This document shows positions 10,050 through 20,342 of a stretch of DNA of 51,080 nt, piece by piece. The position numbers and the translations under genes are program-made. Below the pieces are notes generated by a model. That model made no database searches and was not told where the DNA came from. It saw only the letters and a list, made by a program, of their open reading frames with translations. Positions within the stretch are counted from its first letter, which is position 1, and the number at the start of each line of letters is the position of its first letter. This DNA is from Rhodopila sp. GTDB lineage: Bacteria; Pseudomonadota; Alphaproteobacteria; Acetobacterales; Acetobacteraceae. Location: positions 1-51,080 of the forward strand of contig JAQGHW010000423.1 of assembly GCA_028291505.1 (NCBI GenBank). The letters are read 5' to 3'.

Positions 10050-11098
10050 CCCGATACGGCTTCCAGGGTATCAAGCGGCCAGCGTGGACGGGCGATGGCA
10101 TCAAGGCTATCGCTCCAGCCAAGCCGCAGCCGTTCGACGCCAACCCACGCGACCATCACGGCATTGTCCGAACACAGCCTGACCGGCGGAGCAACCAGGC
10201 GAAACCCACGCGACTGTACCGCCAGGGCTATGCCTGCCCGCACGGAAGCATTCGATGCAACTCCGCCCGCGACGACCAGCAGGCTCGCCTGTGGAAACCG
10301 TTCCCGCATCATATCCATCGCATGGCCTGCTCGATCAGCAAGCACATCGACGACGGCGCGCTGAAAGCTCGCCGCGACGTCCGCATGCTGTCCACGTGTC
10401 AGGTTCGGGCCGATTCGTAGAATTGTCTGCGCCACCGCGGTCTTGAGACCCGAGAAGCTCAGCTCGCATCCCGGTCGCCGCAGCATTGGACGCGGCAACG
10501 CATAACTTGTCGGATCGCCTTCCGCGGCGATCCTCTCCAAAGCCGGTCCACCCGGCCAATCGAGCCCCAGCAGCTTGGCGACTTTATCAAAAGCCTCACC
10601 GACCGCGTCGTCGATGGTTCCGCCCAACCTCACGTGCTGCCCAACGCCGATCACGGCGATGCACTGAGAATGCCCCCCGGAAAGCAGCAACAATAGATAC
10701 GGGAACGGCGCCCCTCCCTCCACCAAACCGGGCAAACGGGCCGTCAGCGCGTGCGCTTCCAGATGGTTGACGGCCACGAAAGGGAGGCGATTGGCTATCG
10801 CTATGCCCTTGGCAAACTGGGACCCGACGATCAATCCACCGATCAGGCCGGGCCCCGATGTTGCCGCGACACCCCCCAGGTCGGAAAACTCAAGTCCAGC
10901 CTTCCCCATCGCACGACGAACCTGTTCCGAGAGGTAGCGCAGATGCGTCCTGGCGGCGATCTCCGGCACAACCCCGCCAAACGGTGCGTGCTCCGCAAGC
11001 TGGCTCAGTACGACTTCAGCCAGGATTCGCCCCTCGCCATCCACCACCGCCGCGGCCGTTTCATCGCAAGACGTCTCGATCCCAAGAACCGGTTTCAT
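10046..11098 (-). CDS. tsaD: tRNA N6-adenosine threonylcarbamoyltransferase
   Basis: VLGIETSCDETAAA, GGVVPEIAARTH, NHLEAH, SGGH, DDAVGEAFDK, DNAVM; true start is ATG 11098. Confidence 0.97.
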   Translation of the reverse strand: MKPVLGIETSCDETAAAVVDGEGRILAEVVLSQLAEHAPFGGVVPEIAARTHLRYLSEQVRRAMGKAGLEFSDLGGVAATSGPGLIGGLIVGSQFAKGIAIANRLPFVAVNHLEAHALTARLPGLVEGGAPFPYLLLLLSGGHSQCIAVIGVGQHVRLGGTIDDAVGEAFDKVAKLLGLDWPGGPALERIAAEGDPTSYALPRPMLRRPGCELSFSGLKTAVAQTILRIGPNLTRGQHADVAASFQRAVVDVLADRAGHAMDMMRERFPQASLLVVAGGVASNASVRAGIALAVQSRGFRLVAPPVRLCSDNAVMVAWVGVERLRLGWSDSLDAIARPRWPLDTLEAVSG

Positions 11099-11242
11099 CG
11101 TACCATTCCAGCCGGTGCCCGGGCCTGGGTCCACGGCAGCCTGTCTTCCGTTTTCGTGGCGACGCATCGAGTAGTAGGATAACCACGTGTTCGGCCCGCG
11201 CCACCCATCATCGACCGGAGGCTCTTTGACAAGAGCGGTTTT

Positions 11243-11938
11243 TTGAAAGGCGTTTTGATAACCAGACCAGAGCCCGGCGCCACCCAAACCGCCATCCGAC
11301 TGGCCGCGATCGGTCTTATCCCCATCGTCGCACCGGTCCTGTCGGTTATTGCCAGGGACGTCCATGCTCCCGATCACGTCGCAGCGACCCTGCTGACGAG
11401 CCAAAATTCTGTCCGAGCCTGTCCCCCGTTTCTGCATGATCGGCCTGTCTTCGCTGTCGGCACCGCGACCGCTGCCCGGGCCACCGAGGCTGGTTTTGGC
11501 CGCGTGTTCAATGCGGATGGGGACGCTACGTTGCTGGCCAATTTGGTCGCGGACACGCTCTCCCCAGCGGAAGGCAGTCTGTTCCTGCCGACAGGGCAGG
11601 GCCAGGGCATAGATTTGGCCACGTCCCTGCGGCAGCGTGGCTTTCTGGTGGTCCGCCGTGTCGCATATAAGGTCGCCGGGGTCCCCGTCCTGCCCGAAGC
11701 CGCCGCTACTCGACTGCAGCACGGTCAATTGGCGGCTGCGATGTTCTTTTCCGGGGAAACTTCACGCCATTTCGTGCGCCTTCTCCGGGCTGCGGAATTG
11801 ACCGAGACCGTTCGCGATGTTGAAGCTGTGTCTATCAGCGAGCGGGCGGCCATGGCATTAAGGCTTCTCCCTTGGCGGTGCATTAGCGTCGCCGCTAAGC
11901 CAAACCAGGATTCGATGCTGATGCTGCTGAATGACTGA
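11243..11938 (+). CDS. hemD: Uroporphyrinogen-III synthase
   Basis: VLITRPEP, LLTSQNSV, FAVGTATA, FFSGET, ISERAA, AAKPNQDSM; TTG start; position before COG4223-hemY. Confidence 0.9.
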   Translation: MKGVLITRPEPGATQTAIRLAAIGLIPIVAPVLSVIARDVHAPDHVAATLLTSQNSVRACPPFLHDRPVFAVGTATAARATEAGFGRVFNADGDATLLANLVADTLSPAEGSLFLPTGQGQGIDLATSLRQRGFLVVRRVAYKVAGVPVLPEAAATRLQHGQLAAAMFFSGETSRHFVRLLRAAELTETVRDVEAVSISERAAMALRLLPWRCISVAAKPNQDSMLMLLND

Positions 11939-12875
11939 ACAACCTCTGCTGCCCCCGCCAGACGAAGCACCCGAACCCTTTGTCGTGGCGCCCAAATCCC
12001 CGCGACGCGATCTCGTTCCCTGGCTTTACGGCCTGGGTTTCCTCGTGCTCGCTGCCGCGATCCTCTATCTCTGGCAAAACCCTGGCAGCCCGAGTGACAC
12101 GACCGCTGACGCCTCGGCCATCCAGGCCGTCGAACAGCGTCTCAGCGATATCGATTCGCGTTTGAGCCGGTTGGAACAGAGACCAGCCCCCGATCTTGAG
12201 AAAATCACGGCACGTATGGATGCTCTCGATGGCCGGGTTGCCGATCAGGCCCGACTCGCCGCCCGAATGGATGCATTATCGGGTCGGATCGAATCGCTCG
12301 CAAGCCGCGACGCAACCGGCCTGGACGCGACTAAGCAGCAGCTCGATGCGCTCGCGACCCGCATCACGGCCATTGAGTCAAGGGCCGGCAGCCTTGAAGC
12401 CGTCACCAAACGCCTGAATCTCATTGCCAGGCTACAGGACGTGTCGTTCGCCCTGGCTGCCGGCCGGCCCCTCGGCGACCTGCCCGATGACGCGCCCGAA
12501 CCGCTTGTGCGGTACGCCCATGCCGCGCCACCCACAGAAGCGCAGGTTCGCCTTCGTTTTTCGCGAGACGAACAAGTTGCACTGGCCGCGAAGCAGCCGG
12601 ACGAGAACGATGCTCCGTTCATCGGCCGCGTCTGGGATCGGGCGCAAGGCCTTATAACCATCCGCCGGGGCGATGACGTCGTAGTCGGTAACCCCGCTAC
12701 TGTCATCTTGAATCGCGCCCACGCCGCGCTCGACGTAGGTGATATCGTCGGCGCGGTCACCGCGGTCGAGGCGTTGAAAGGACCACCCCGTCAAACGATG
12801 GCCGACTGGCTCGCCGACGCAAAGGCACTCCTGGCCGCACGATCCGCGCTCGCCGATATGGCCGGTAAGGCATGA
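11931..12875 (+). CDS. COG4223 / mitofilin (alpha-Mic60)-like inner membrane protein
   Basis: One N-terminal TM helix, a coiled coil, and a C-terminal mitofilin-like signature (ALDVGDIVGAV...WLADAKA); lies between hemD and hemY. Confidence 0.8.
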   Translation: MTEQPLLPPPDEAPEPFVVAPKSPRRDLVPWLYGLGFLVLAAAILYLWQNPGSPSDTTADASAIQAVEQRLSDIDSRLSRLEQRPAPDLEKITARMDALDGRVADQARLAARMDALSGRIESLASRDATGLDATKQQLDALATRITAIESRAGSLEAVTKRLNLIARLQDVSFALAAGRPLGDLPDDAPEPLVRYAHAAPPTEAQVRLRFSRDEQVALAAKQPDENDAPFIGRVWDRAQGLITIRRGDDVVVGNPATVILNRAHAALDVGDIVGAVTAVEALKGPPRQTMADWLADAKALLAARSALADMAGKA

Positions 12876-14155
12876 TGCTGAGGGCTATATTTTTCCTTCT
12901 CGCTGGCTTTGCCATCGTGGCGGTGGCTTGGCTATTGGCGACTATCCCCGGTCACATCGTTGCTTCGATTGGCGCATTCACCATCGAAACCTCGACACCG
13001 GTCGCGATCCTGATGCTGTTCGCGCTGTTGGTCGTGATCTTGATCGTGCTTCGCGTCGCGCGTGGCGTGCTGGGGATGCCCCGCGCAGGCGCCGGCTGGC
13101 GTCGCCGCCATCGCTTGGCTTTGGGAGAGCGAACCGTAACCCGCGTGCTTGTCGCTTTGGCAGCAGGCGAGCAGGGGACAGCCCGCAAGGAAGCCCAGCG
13201 AGCCCGTCACCTGCTAGGGGACTCGCCGCAGACCTTGCTGCTTGTAGCCGAAGCAGGCCGGCTGGGAGGGCGAGAGGATGAAGCAGAGGAAGCCTTTCGT
13301 GCCCTGACCAAACAAAAAGATGCCGAGTTCCTCGGCCTCCGCGGATTGTTGCGTCAGGCAGTCGATCGCCACGACTGGCCCGAGGCTTTGGTTATCGCCA
13401 AGCAAGCTGAAGCCGCCCATCCAGGAACTGTGTGGCTGCGGCAGCAGCGGGCCGAACTAGCGCTGCAAACTGAGAACTGGGCTGAGGCGCTCGAACTCGC
13501 CGGGGCTGACCCTCGTCGGACAACCTATTACGTCGCGGCCGCGGACGCTGAACCCGATCCTCCGCGAGCCCTCAGCTACGCAAAGCAAGCGTGGAAGCAA
13601 GACCCCGCGTTTCCACCGGCAGCGATTGCCTACGCCAGCCGGCTTCGGGCCGCCGGCCAGGAGAGGCGTGCCCAGGCATGCATCGTGGATGCCTGGAAAC
13701 GTGCGCCGCATCCTGACCTCGGGGCGTTCGCTCTCGCCCTTGAGCCGGATAAGCTGGCAAGGGTCCAGTCCGCCAAGCGCTTGGTGGCAGCTAACCCGAC
13801 ACACCCGGAAAGCCGACTTCTTCTGGCGCGGGCAGCACTCGATGCCGGACTAACCGGCGAAGCCCGTCACCAGGTCGAGATCGCGGATGGTGAGGGGATG
13901 AGACAGCGCCGCTTTTGCCTGCTTCTCGCCCAAATCGAAGAACAGGAGCGCGGCGATACCGAAAGCGGTCGCCTCGCCCAACGTGATGCGCTTCGCCGGG
14001 CTGCGACCGCTGAACCTGACCCACATTGGCAATGTACGAGTTGCCACAGGGAGCATGCGGTGTGGCATCCCAAGTGTGACACCTGCGGAAGCGTCGGAAC
14101 AGTACAATGGCTCAACAGCGCGCGAACCTCCGGGTTGCCCGTTATCGCGGGTTGA
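12872..14155 (+). CDS. hemY: HemY-N domain TPR membrane protein with C-terminal CxxC...CxxC
   Basis: Two N-terminal TM helices, TPR-like helices, WKRAPHPDL, WQCTSC...CDTCG; conserved operon position. Confidence 0.85.
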   Translation: MMLRAIFFLLAGFAIVAVAWLLATIPGHIVASIGAFTIETSTPVAILMLFALLVVILIVLRVARGVLGMPRAGAGWRRRHRLALGERTVTRVLVALAAGEQGTARKEAQRARHLLGDSPQTLLLVAEAGRLGGREDEAEEAFRALTKQKDAEFLGLRGLLRQAVDRHDWPEALVIAKQAEAAHPGTVWLRQQRAELALQTENWAEALELAGADPRRTTYYVAAADAEPDPPRALSYAKQAWKQDPAFPPAAIAYASRLRAAGQERRAQACIVDAWKRAPHPDLGAFALALEPDKLARVQSAKRLVAANPTHPESRLLLARAALDAGLTGEARHQVEIADGEGMRQRRFCLLLAQIEEQERGDTESGRLAQRDALRRAATAEPDPHWQCTSCHREHAVWHPKCDTCGSVGTVQWLNSARTSGLPVIAG

Positions 14156-14164
14156 ACCGACGGC

Positions 14165-14770
14165 TCAATGCTCAGCAAACAACCGTGTCGGACGGATGCG
14201 GGCGTCCTGAGAAACCGGCGCACCTGAACCGCACGGAACAACGTTGATATATGGCGCGGGATCGACCGAACGGCCGTCGACGATCATCCCGAAATACAAG
14301 TGCGGACCGTAGGTGAGGCCAGTTCGGCCGACCGTGCCGATCCTTTCTCCGCCGTAAATCGTCTTGAGGCCCTCCGCCAGCATCGGCGCAACCAGGCCGA
14401 GATGACTGTAAATGCCAATGAACCCCTCGTGCTGGATCAGGATCTCCAGGCCGCCGATCCCATGCCGCTGGATCCGGATCACCGTTCCCGGCGCCACCGC
14501 GGTAACCGGACTACCAATGGACGCAGGAAGATCGATCCCACTGTGGAATGTTCCGGCCAACGGCCTGTTGAGCAGAACACGAGGACCAAATGGCGACGAC
14601 ACACACGCCGGCTCGACAGGTGGGAGCATCATTGTCCTGGCGTGTACATTGGCTGCCGCTGCGTACGGCGCGTATGCCGTTAGCCCCAATGCGACGATAT
14701 ATCCCAAGAGCGTCCTGAGCCTCAACGGGCGGCGATCGGTTTGTCTCGTCAATCTCAGGGCGTCCTTCAC
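14165..14770 (-). CDS. M23/LytM family protein, probably catalytically degenerate
   Basis: Signal-like N-terminus, SSPFGPR, HSGIDL, YSHL, IGTVGRTG..GPHLYF, VDPAPY. Confidence 0.88.
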   Translation of the reverse strand: MKDALRLTRQTDRRPLRLRTLLGYIVALGLTAYAPYAAAANVHARTMMLPPVEPACVSSPFGPRVLLNRPLAGTFHSGIDLPASIGSPVTAVAPGTVIRIQRHGIGGLEILIQHEGFIGIYSHLGLVAPMLAEGLKTIYGGERIGTVGRTGLTYGPHLYFGMIVDGRSVDPAPYINVVPCGSGAPVSQDARIRPTRLFAEH

Positions 14771-14859
14771 CGGTCATTCCGCAGGGAAAGGGGAGCGGAA
14801 CGCGCCATTGTTGTCTAATCAGCTTTCTGTGCGACCTGGCGGAAGCACCGCCTTTCGCT

Positions 14860-17676
14860 TCATCCCGCCGAGGCTCGCCTGAGCTTTCGGGTTGGTGGGA
14901 CCGTTACGGGAGGCGCCATATCGTCGGGATTGACGAGTGCACGCAACAATGCCTCCCGAAGCTGCCCGAGTTTCCGCTCGTTCTCGACCTTCAAGCCAAA
15001 TACGTCTTTGACATAGAATACATCTACGGCCCTAACCCCGTAGGTCGTCACATGGGCCGACGCGATTTGGAGGCCCTGGGCGCTGATCGCTGCGGTCACA
15101 TCGTGCAGCAAGCCGGGGCGATCCCGACCGTTGACCTCAAGCACCGTGTGCGTATTGGACGCGCGATTGTCGATAACAACACGCGGAGGCACATGAATTG
15201 CCTGCATGCGTCGCCCAAGCAAAATCTTCGAAACTCGCCGGATCTCGGTCGAAAGTCTCAACCGCCCCGATAGGGCCTGCTCGATCAACACCGAGAGGCG
15301 GGCCAAACGATGCGGTGCGTCGAAGGTCCCGCCCGCGGTATCCTGGATCCAGAACGTATCCAGCGCCATGCCATTGGTCATCGTGTGGATGCGTGCATCG
15401 ACGATCGACGCACCAGCGACTGCGAGCGCTCCGGAAATCTTGCTGAAAAGCCCGGCGTAATCAGCGCTGTATACCGTCACTTCAGTGACAGCTCGCGCCG
15501 GTAGAGGTTGCGTATCGACCGTCAGCGGCGACTTCCGGTGTTCGGCATCACGAATCAGCCTCGCATGCCGCATGTGAGTTTCCGGATCGAACGACAGCCA
15601 GTACCCAGCATATCCGAGCGTCGAGAAATGCTCGATTTCCTCCTGACCCCAGTCAGCCAGAAGCTCAGCAACGGCCTGCTTCGCCCGCGCGACCCGAACA
15701 TCCCGTTCCGTGGTTGCCAGGCCCCCCGCCAACACCTCCGCAACTCGCGAATATAGCTCCCTCAGGAGCGTCGCCTTCCAGCCGTTCCAGACTTTGCTCG
15801 AAACCGCGCGCATATCGGCAACTGTCAGGATCAGCAGCAGTCGCAAACGCTCCGGCGACTGAATCGTGTCGGCCAGATCGAGAATCGTCTTTGGATCGTC
15901 GATATCACGTTTGAAAGCCGTTGCACTCATGAGAAGGTGGTGCAGAACCAGCCAGGAGACCGTTTCGGTTTCCTCATCGCTCAAACCCAAGGCCGGCCCA
16001 ACCTCCAACGCAACTTCGGCGCCCAGCGCGGAGTGATCGCCGCCGCGGCCTTTGGCGATATCGTGCAGCAACGTCGCGAGATAGAGCGAGCGCCGCGATT
16101 GGACATGACCGACAAGTTCCGAGGCGATCGGCGCGACCTCCGAGAGTTCGCCTCGCTCCAGGGTATTGAGCACGCGCACCGCCTCGACGGTGTGCTCGTC
16201 CACGGTGAATATGTGATACGTATCAAACTGCATCTGGCCGACGATGCGCGCCCAGTCCGGCAAATAGCGACCAAAGAAACCCGTCTCGTTCAATATGCCC
16301 AGCCATCGCGCACCGTCGGGATGCTGTCCTCCGGGCCGATGAGGATCCGCTTCCTTACCGCACAGCAAATCCATGAAGATCGCCGCTGCTTTCGGATCGC
16401 CGCGTAACGAAACCGCGCGACGCTCGTTCTGAATAAAGGACCGTATGGCGAGCGGATGTAGCTCAAGGCCTCTATCGCGAGCTACCTGAAGAATGCGAAG
16501 CATCTGGATCGGCTCGACATCGAAGTCCCGACCAGCGATCGGCAACAGCTGGCCCTCCGCCAGGACGAATCCGGCAGATAGCAGTGCGTCGTCGGTTTCG
16601 GCCTCGAGAGCCGGGGGACCAAGTGCCGACCGCAGGATCGCGGGCTCCAGAATTCGCGTAAGCCGGGCAATTTCCCTCGCGGTCAGGAAGTAGTGGCGCA
16701 TGAAGCGCTCCACTCCATCCTGACGGCCATGGCGCGTATATCCCATCCGCGCCCCAACAACCGGCTGCAAGTCGAATGTCAGTCGCTCTTCCGCGCGTCC
16801 GGCCACGTAGTGCAAATGGAACCGGACAGTCCAGAGGAACTCCCAGGCTCGCCTGCCATGGCGCGCTTCCTGCTGCGTTAGAATGCCGCCGAGATCCGCC
16901 AACTCTCCCATTGTCTGAGTGTCGAAGACGTAGCGCGCGATCCAATAAAGCGTCTGCAGATCGCGCAGGCCGCCCCTACCTTCCTTTACATTCGGCTCGA
17001 CAACGAACGGACTGTCGCCATACCGCCGATGCCGCACGGCGCGTTCAGCCTGTTTCGCCGCGATATACTCGGCGGCGCCCGCTTCCTTGCACGCGGCTCG
17101 AAAACGGCGGTGAAACTCGCCAAATAAAATCTTGTTGCCGCTCAGAAACCTCGCGTCGAGCAGGGCGGTGCGAATCGTCGTATCTTTGCCACCCTCCACG
17201 AGGCAATCGCCGATCGATCGCGTTGCATGGCCGACCTTCAGCCCGAGATCCCAAAGAAAGTACAGCATATACTCGACAACACGGAGCGTCTCTGGGGTCG
17301 GGTCTTCGGCCGTCAAAAACAGCAAGTCGATGTCGCTGAATGGCGCCAACACCCCTCGACCGTACCCGCCGGTCGCCGCGATGCTAAGGGCCTCGACGCA
17401 CTCGAGGTCGGTTTTGGTGGTGGTGTGTTCAAATAGCGCCGCAACAACGCCATCTATCAGCGCGCCTAAAAGCCGAGCGGCCTGTAGCCCAGTGATCTGC
17501 TCGTGTTCGAATGCATGCTGCACATAAGACTGGATGCGGGCTAAATGGCGGCGGAAGGCGCCGACTGCGGCATCTCTGGAAACGCTGCCGCTCTCTTCTG
17601 CGATGCCAGCAAGAGCGTCCGAGAGCAGGGACGCCGCGGCTTCAGGGGCACGCGGCAAGGGGATGGGGGTTAACAT
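14860..17676 (-). CDS. glnD: [Protein-PII] uridylyltransferase / uridylyl-removing enzyme
   Basis: ATGGYGRG..PFSDIDLL, EPNVKEGRGGLRDL, HIFTVDEH, LLHDIAKG, two C-terminal ACT domains; start could be 17703 or 17721. Confidence 0.97.
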   Translation of the reverse strand: MLTPIPLPRAPEAAASLLSDALAGIAEESGSVSRDAAVGAFRRHLARIQSYVQHAFEHEQITGLQAARLLGALIDGVVAALFEHTTTKTDLECVEALSIAATGGYGRGVLAPFSDIDLLFLTAEDPTPETLRVVEYMLYFLWDLGLKVGHATRSIGDCLVEGGKDTTIRTALLDARFLSGNKILFGEFHRRFRAACKEAGAAEYIAAKQAERAVRHRRYGDSPFVVEPNVKEGRGGLRDLQTLYWIARYVFDTQTMGELADLGGILTQQEARHGRRAWEFLWTVRFHLHYVAGRAEERLTFDLQPVVGARMGYTRHGRQDGVERFMRHYFLTAREIARLTRILEPAILRSALGPPALEAETDDALLSAGFVLAEGQLLPIAGRDFDVEPIQMLRILQVARDRGLELHPLAIRSFIQNERRAVSLRGDPKAAAIFMDLLCGKEADPHRPGGQHPDGARWLGILNETGFFGRYLPDWARIVGQMQFDTYHIFTVDEHTVEAVRVLNTLERGELSEVAPIASELVGHVQSRRSLYLATLLHDIAKGRGGDHSALGAEVALEVGPALGLSDEETETVSWLVLHHLLMSATAFKRDIDDPKTILDLADTIQSPERLRLLLILTVADMRAVSSKVWNGWKATLLRELYSRVAEVLAGGLATTERDVRVARAKQAVAELLADWGQEEIEHFSTLGYAGYWLSFDPETHMRHARLIRDAEHRKSPLTVDTQPLPARAVTEVTVYSADYAGLFSKISGALAVAGASIVDARIHTMTNGMALDTFWIQDTAGGTFDAPHRLARLSVLIEQALSGRLRLSTEIRRVSKILLGRRMQAIHVPPRVVIDNRASNTHTVLEVNGRDRPGLLHDVTAAISAQGLQIASAHVTTYGVRAVDVFYVKDVFGLKVENERKLGQLREALLRALVNPDDMAPPVTVPPTRKLRRASAG

Positions 17677-17689
17677 CGTGGTGATCGTA

Positions 17690-20335
17690 CTATGTGGCCC
17701 CATCCGCGCAACCCGGGACAAGCCCCTTCAGACGATATAACACGTCGAGCGCCTCTTTGGGCGACATGTTGTCCGGATTTATTTCGCTCAAAGCTTCGCG
17801 CAGCGGTGCGAATTCGTCCCTGGCTGGCGCAGGGGGTTCCTCTGGCTCCGCGGTCGCCGCGAATAGCGGCAATGCTTGAAGCGACGCCGATTTGCCGAGC
17901 GGGCCGCCATGCTTTTCCATCGCAGCCATCAAGGACGCGGCTCTTCGGACCACTTGCGCCGGCACGCCCGCAAGTTCGGCGACATGCACGCCCCAGGAAC
18001 GTCCAGCAGCCCCTTCGGCGACTTCGTGAAGGAACACCACACCACCCCTCCATTCCTTGACCCGCATCGTATGTGGCTTCAGCCGTGGCAGGCGATCCGC
18101 AAGTTCCGCAAGCTCATGGAAATGTGTGGCGAAAATAGTACGGCAGCGTATTGCTGAATGTAACGACTCTAGAACCGCCCAGGCAATCGCCAGTCCATCC
18201 AAGGTGGAGGTGCCGCGGCCGATTTCGTCCACGACCACCAGTGATTTCGGCCCCGCCTGATGCAGGATCGCCGCTGTTTCGGTCATCTCCACCATGAAGG
18301 TCGAGCGGCCGCGCGCCAGATCGTCCGATGCGCCGACCCGGCTGAACAAGCGGTCCACGATCCCCAGGACGGCGGACTCGGCGGGAACCGGCAAACCAGC
18401 CTGTGCCAGTACCACGAATAGTGCGTTCTGCCGTAGGAAAGTAGATTTCCCCGCCATGTTCGGGCCCGTCAGCAGCATGACGCGCTGATCGGGCGAGAGA
18501 TCACACCGGTTCGGCACAAAGGCCGATTGACCGGCGAGTGCGCTCTCGACCACCGGGTGACGGCCAGCCTCGATCCGGAATTCGTCCGTGGCGCTCAATG
18601 TGGGGCGTACCCAGGTGCCGCTCTGTGCCAGCTTCGCAGCAGACTGTGTCGCATCCAGAAAGGCAAGCGCTTCCGCACAGGCCGCCAGTTCGTCGGCATG
18701 CGCCAATATTTCGTTGACCAGGTGAGCGAACACCAGGCGTTCTCGCGCGGTCGCCTTCTCAGCCGCTTCCCGGATCCGCTGATCAAGTTCGGACAGTTCG
18801 GGTGTGGTGAACCGGGCGCCATTCGCCATCCCTTGGCGCAGTGTCAATTGCGGAAAGCCGCGCAACTTCTCCACCGCGGCGGACGGTGCCTCGATGATGT
18901 AGCCAAGCTGCGCATGGTGCCTGATCTTCAGACTCGCGACACCAAAAAGCTGTGCGAAATCCAGCTGCAGCTTCGCGATGACCTGCCGGCTTTCGTCGCG
19001 CAGCGTCCGGTGCGCGTCGAGCTCCCCATCGAAGCCCACTCTTATCGCGCCGCCATCTTCGAGGCGCGCCGGAACGGGGTCAGCCAAAGCGCGTCCCAGT
19101 TCCTCTACCAGGGCCAAACCACCCGGGATACTGGATCTTGCATCGGTAAGAGCCTGAGGAAGCGGCACCTGAAGGATTTCCGCGATCGCAAACGCCGCAT
19201 TGAGCCCATCCCGCATGGCGGCGAGATCGCGCGGTGTTCCCCTACTCAATGACAAGCGCCCCAACGCGCGTGCCATGTCCGGCGCCGTTCGCAGGATCGT
19301 CCGTAACCGATTGGTCGCCTGAGGATTCGCCACGCACCACGACCAGGCATCCTGACGCACGCTGATCGCGGTCAGATCCGTCAGCGGTGCGGAAAGCCAC
19401 GCCGCCAGCGATCGGGCACCAGCAGCCGTCAACGTGCGTTGCACCGCCGTGAACAACGTGTGCTGCGTGCCACCGTCCCGCGATCTGAGGATCTCCAGGC
19501 TGGCACGCGTCGCCGCGTCCATGAGCAATGCGCCGCTCTGCCCTTGCGGCTCGGGGCGGCCAAGCCGGGGCAGGGCGCCCGACTGCGTGCTGCGGATGTA
19601 ATCCACCGCCATCGCCGCCGCCACCGCCTCGCCATCGGTGAAAGTGCCGAATGCATCCAGGCTCGCGGTCCCGAATGTTTCGGCCAACCGGCGGCGCGCG
19701 ATGAGCGGCGTCGAAGGCACCGTTTCGGGTGAGCGATTCGCCGCCCATTCGCCGAGATCGAGCGATTCGGGAGCAAGCACCTCAACTGGTTCCAGGCGGC
19801 CGAGAAGCGCTGCAAGTTCCGGCGTCCGCAGTGCAGTGGTTTCGAACAGCCCAGTGGACACATCGACCCATGCGGCGCCGAGCCCATCCTTGTCCCAGGC
19901 TATGGCGGTCAGGAGGTTCGGCCGCCCCGCCTCCAGCAGCGCCTCTTCGGTAATCGTGCCCGGCGTGATCACCCGGACGACCTCCCGCTTGATCGGCAAC
20001 TTTCCGGTGCGGGCCTTCGGGTCTTCCATCTGCTCGACGATGGCAACGCGGAAGCCTTTGCGTATCAGGCGCGCGAGATAGATCTCCGAAGCATGATGGG
20101 GAACACCGCACATCGAGATGGGTGTTCCCCCGTGCTCTCCACGATGGGACAACGCGATATCGAGCGCGGCAGCGGCGGCTTCGGCATCGGCGAAAAACAG
20201 CTCATAAAAGTCGCCCATCCGGAAAAAAAGCAGTGCGTCCGGATGTTCGGCTTTGGCCGCGAACCACTGCGCGATTGCCGGCGTCGCTCCCGCGGCCGAC
20301 GGCAGCTTGGCCGCGGTATGGGGGACAGTATCCAC
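17690..20335 (-). CDS. mutS: DNA mismatch repair protein MutS
   Basis: FRMGDFYELF, TPGT, TGPNMAGKST, STFMVEM, DEIGRGT, ATHFHEL. Confidence 0.98.
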   Translation of the reverse strand: MDTVPHTAAKLPSAAGATPAIAQWFAAKAEHPDALLFFRMGDFYELFFADAEAAAAALDIALSHRGEHGGTPISMCGVPHHASEIYLARLIRKGFRVAIVEQMEDPKARTGKLPIKREVVRVITPGTITEEALLEAGRPNLLTAIAWDKDGLGAAWVDVSTGLFETTALRTPELAALLGRLEPVEVLAPESLDLGEWAANRSPETVPSTPLIARRRLAETFGTASLDAFGTFTDGEAVAAAMAVDYIRSTQSGALPRLGRPEPQGQSGALLMDAATRASLEILRSRDGGTQHTLFTAVQRTLTAAGARSLAAWLSAPLTDLTAISVRQDAWSWCVANPQATNRLRTILRTAPDMARALGRLSLSRGTPRDLAAMRDGLNAAFAIAEILQVPLPQALTDARSSIPGGLALVEELGRALADPVPARLEDGGAIRVGFDGELDAHRTLRDESRQVIAKLQLDFAQLFGVASLKIRHHAQLGYIIEAPSAAVEKLRGFPQLTLRQGMANGARFTTPELSELDQRIREAAEKATARERLVFAHLVNEILAHADELAACAEALAFLDATQSAAKLAQSGTWVRPTLSATDEFRIEAGRHPVVESALAGQSAFVPNRCDLSPDQRVMLLTGPNMAGKSTFLRQNALFVVLAQAGLPVPAESAVLGIVDRLFSRVGASDDLARGRSTFMVEMTETAAILHQAGPKSLVVVDEIGRGTSTLDGLAIAWAVLESLHSAIRCRTIFATHFHELAELADRLPRLKPHTMRVKEWRGGVVFLHEVAEGAAGRSWGVHVAELAGVPAQVVRRAASLMAAMEKHGGPLGKSASLQALPLFAATAEPEEPPAPARDEFAPLREALSEINPDNMSPKEALDVLYRLKGLVPGCADGAT

Positions 20336-20342
20336 TGTCCCG

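Noticed and set aside
11099-11728. 210-aa N-terminal extension of TsaD in the ORF track
   Set aside because: Overlaps hemD antisense; TsaD homology starts at ATG 11098.
14165-14770. M23 gene as a phage lysin belonging to the terminase element
   Set aside because: 14 kb away among core genes, no holin nearby, and the Zn motif is degenerate.
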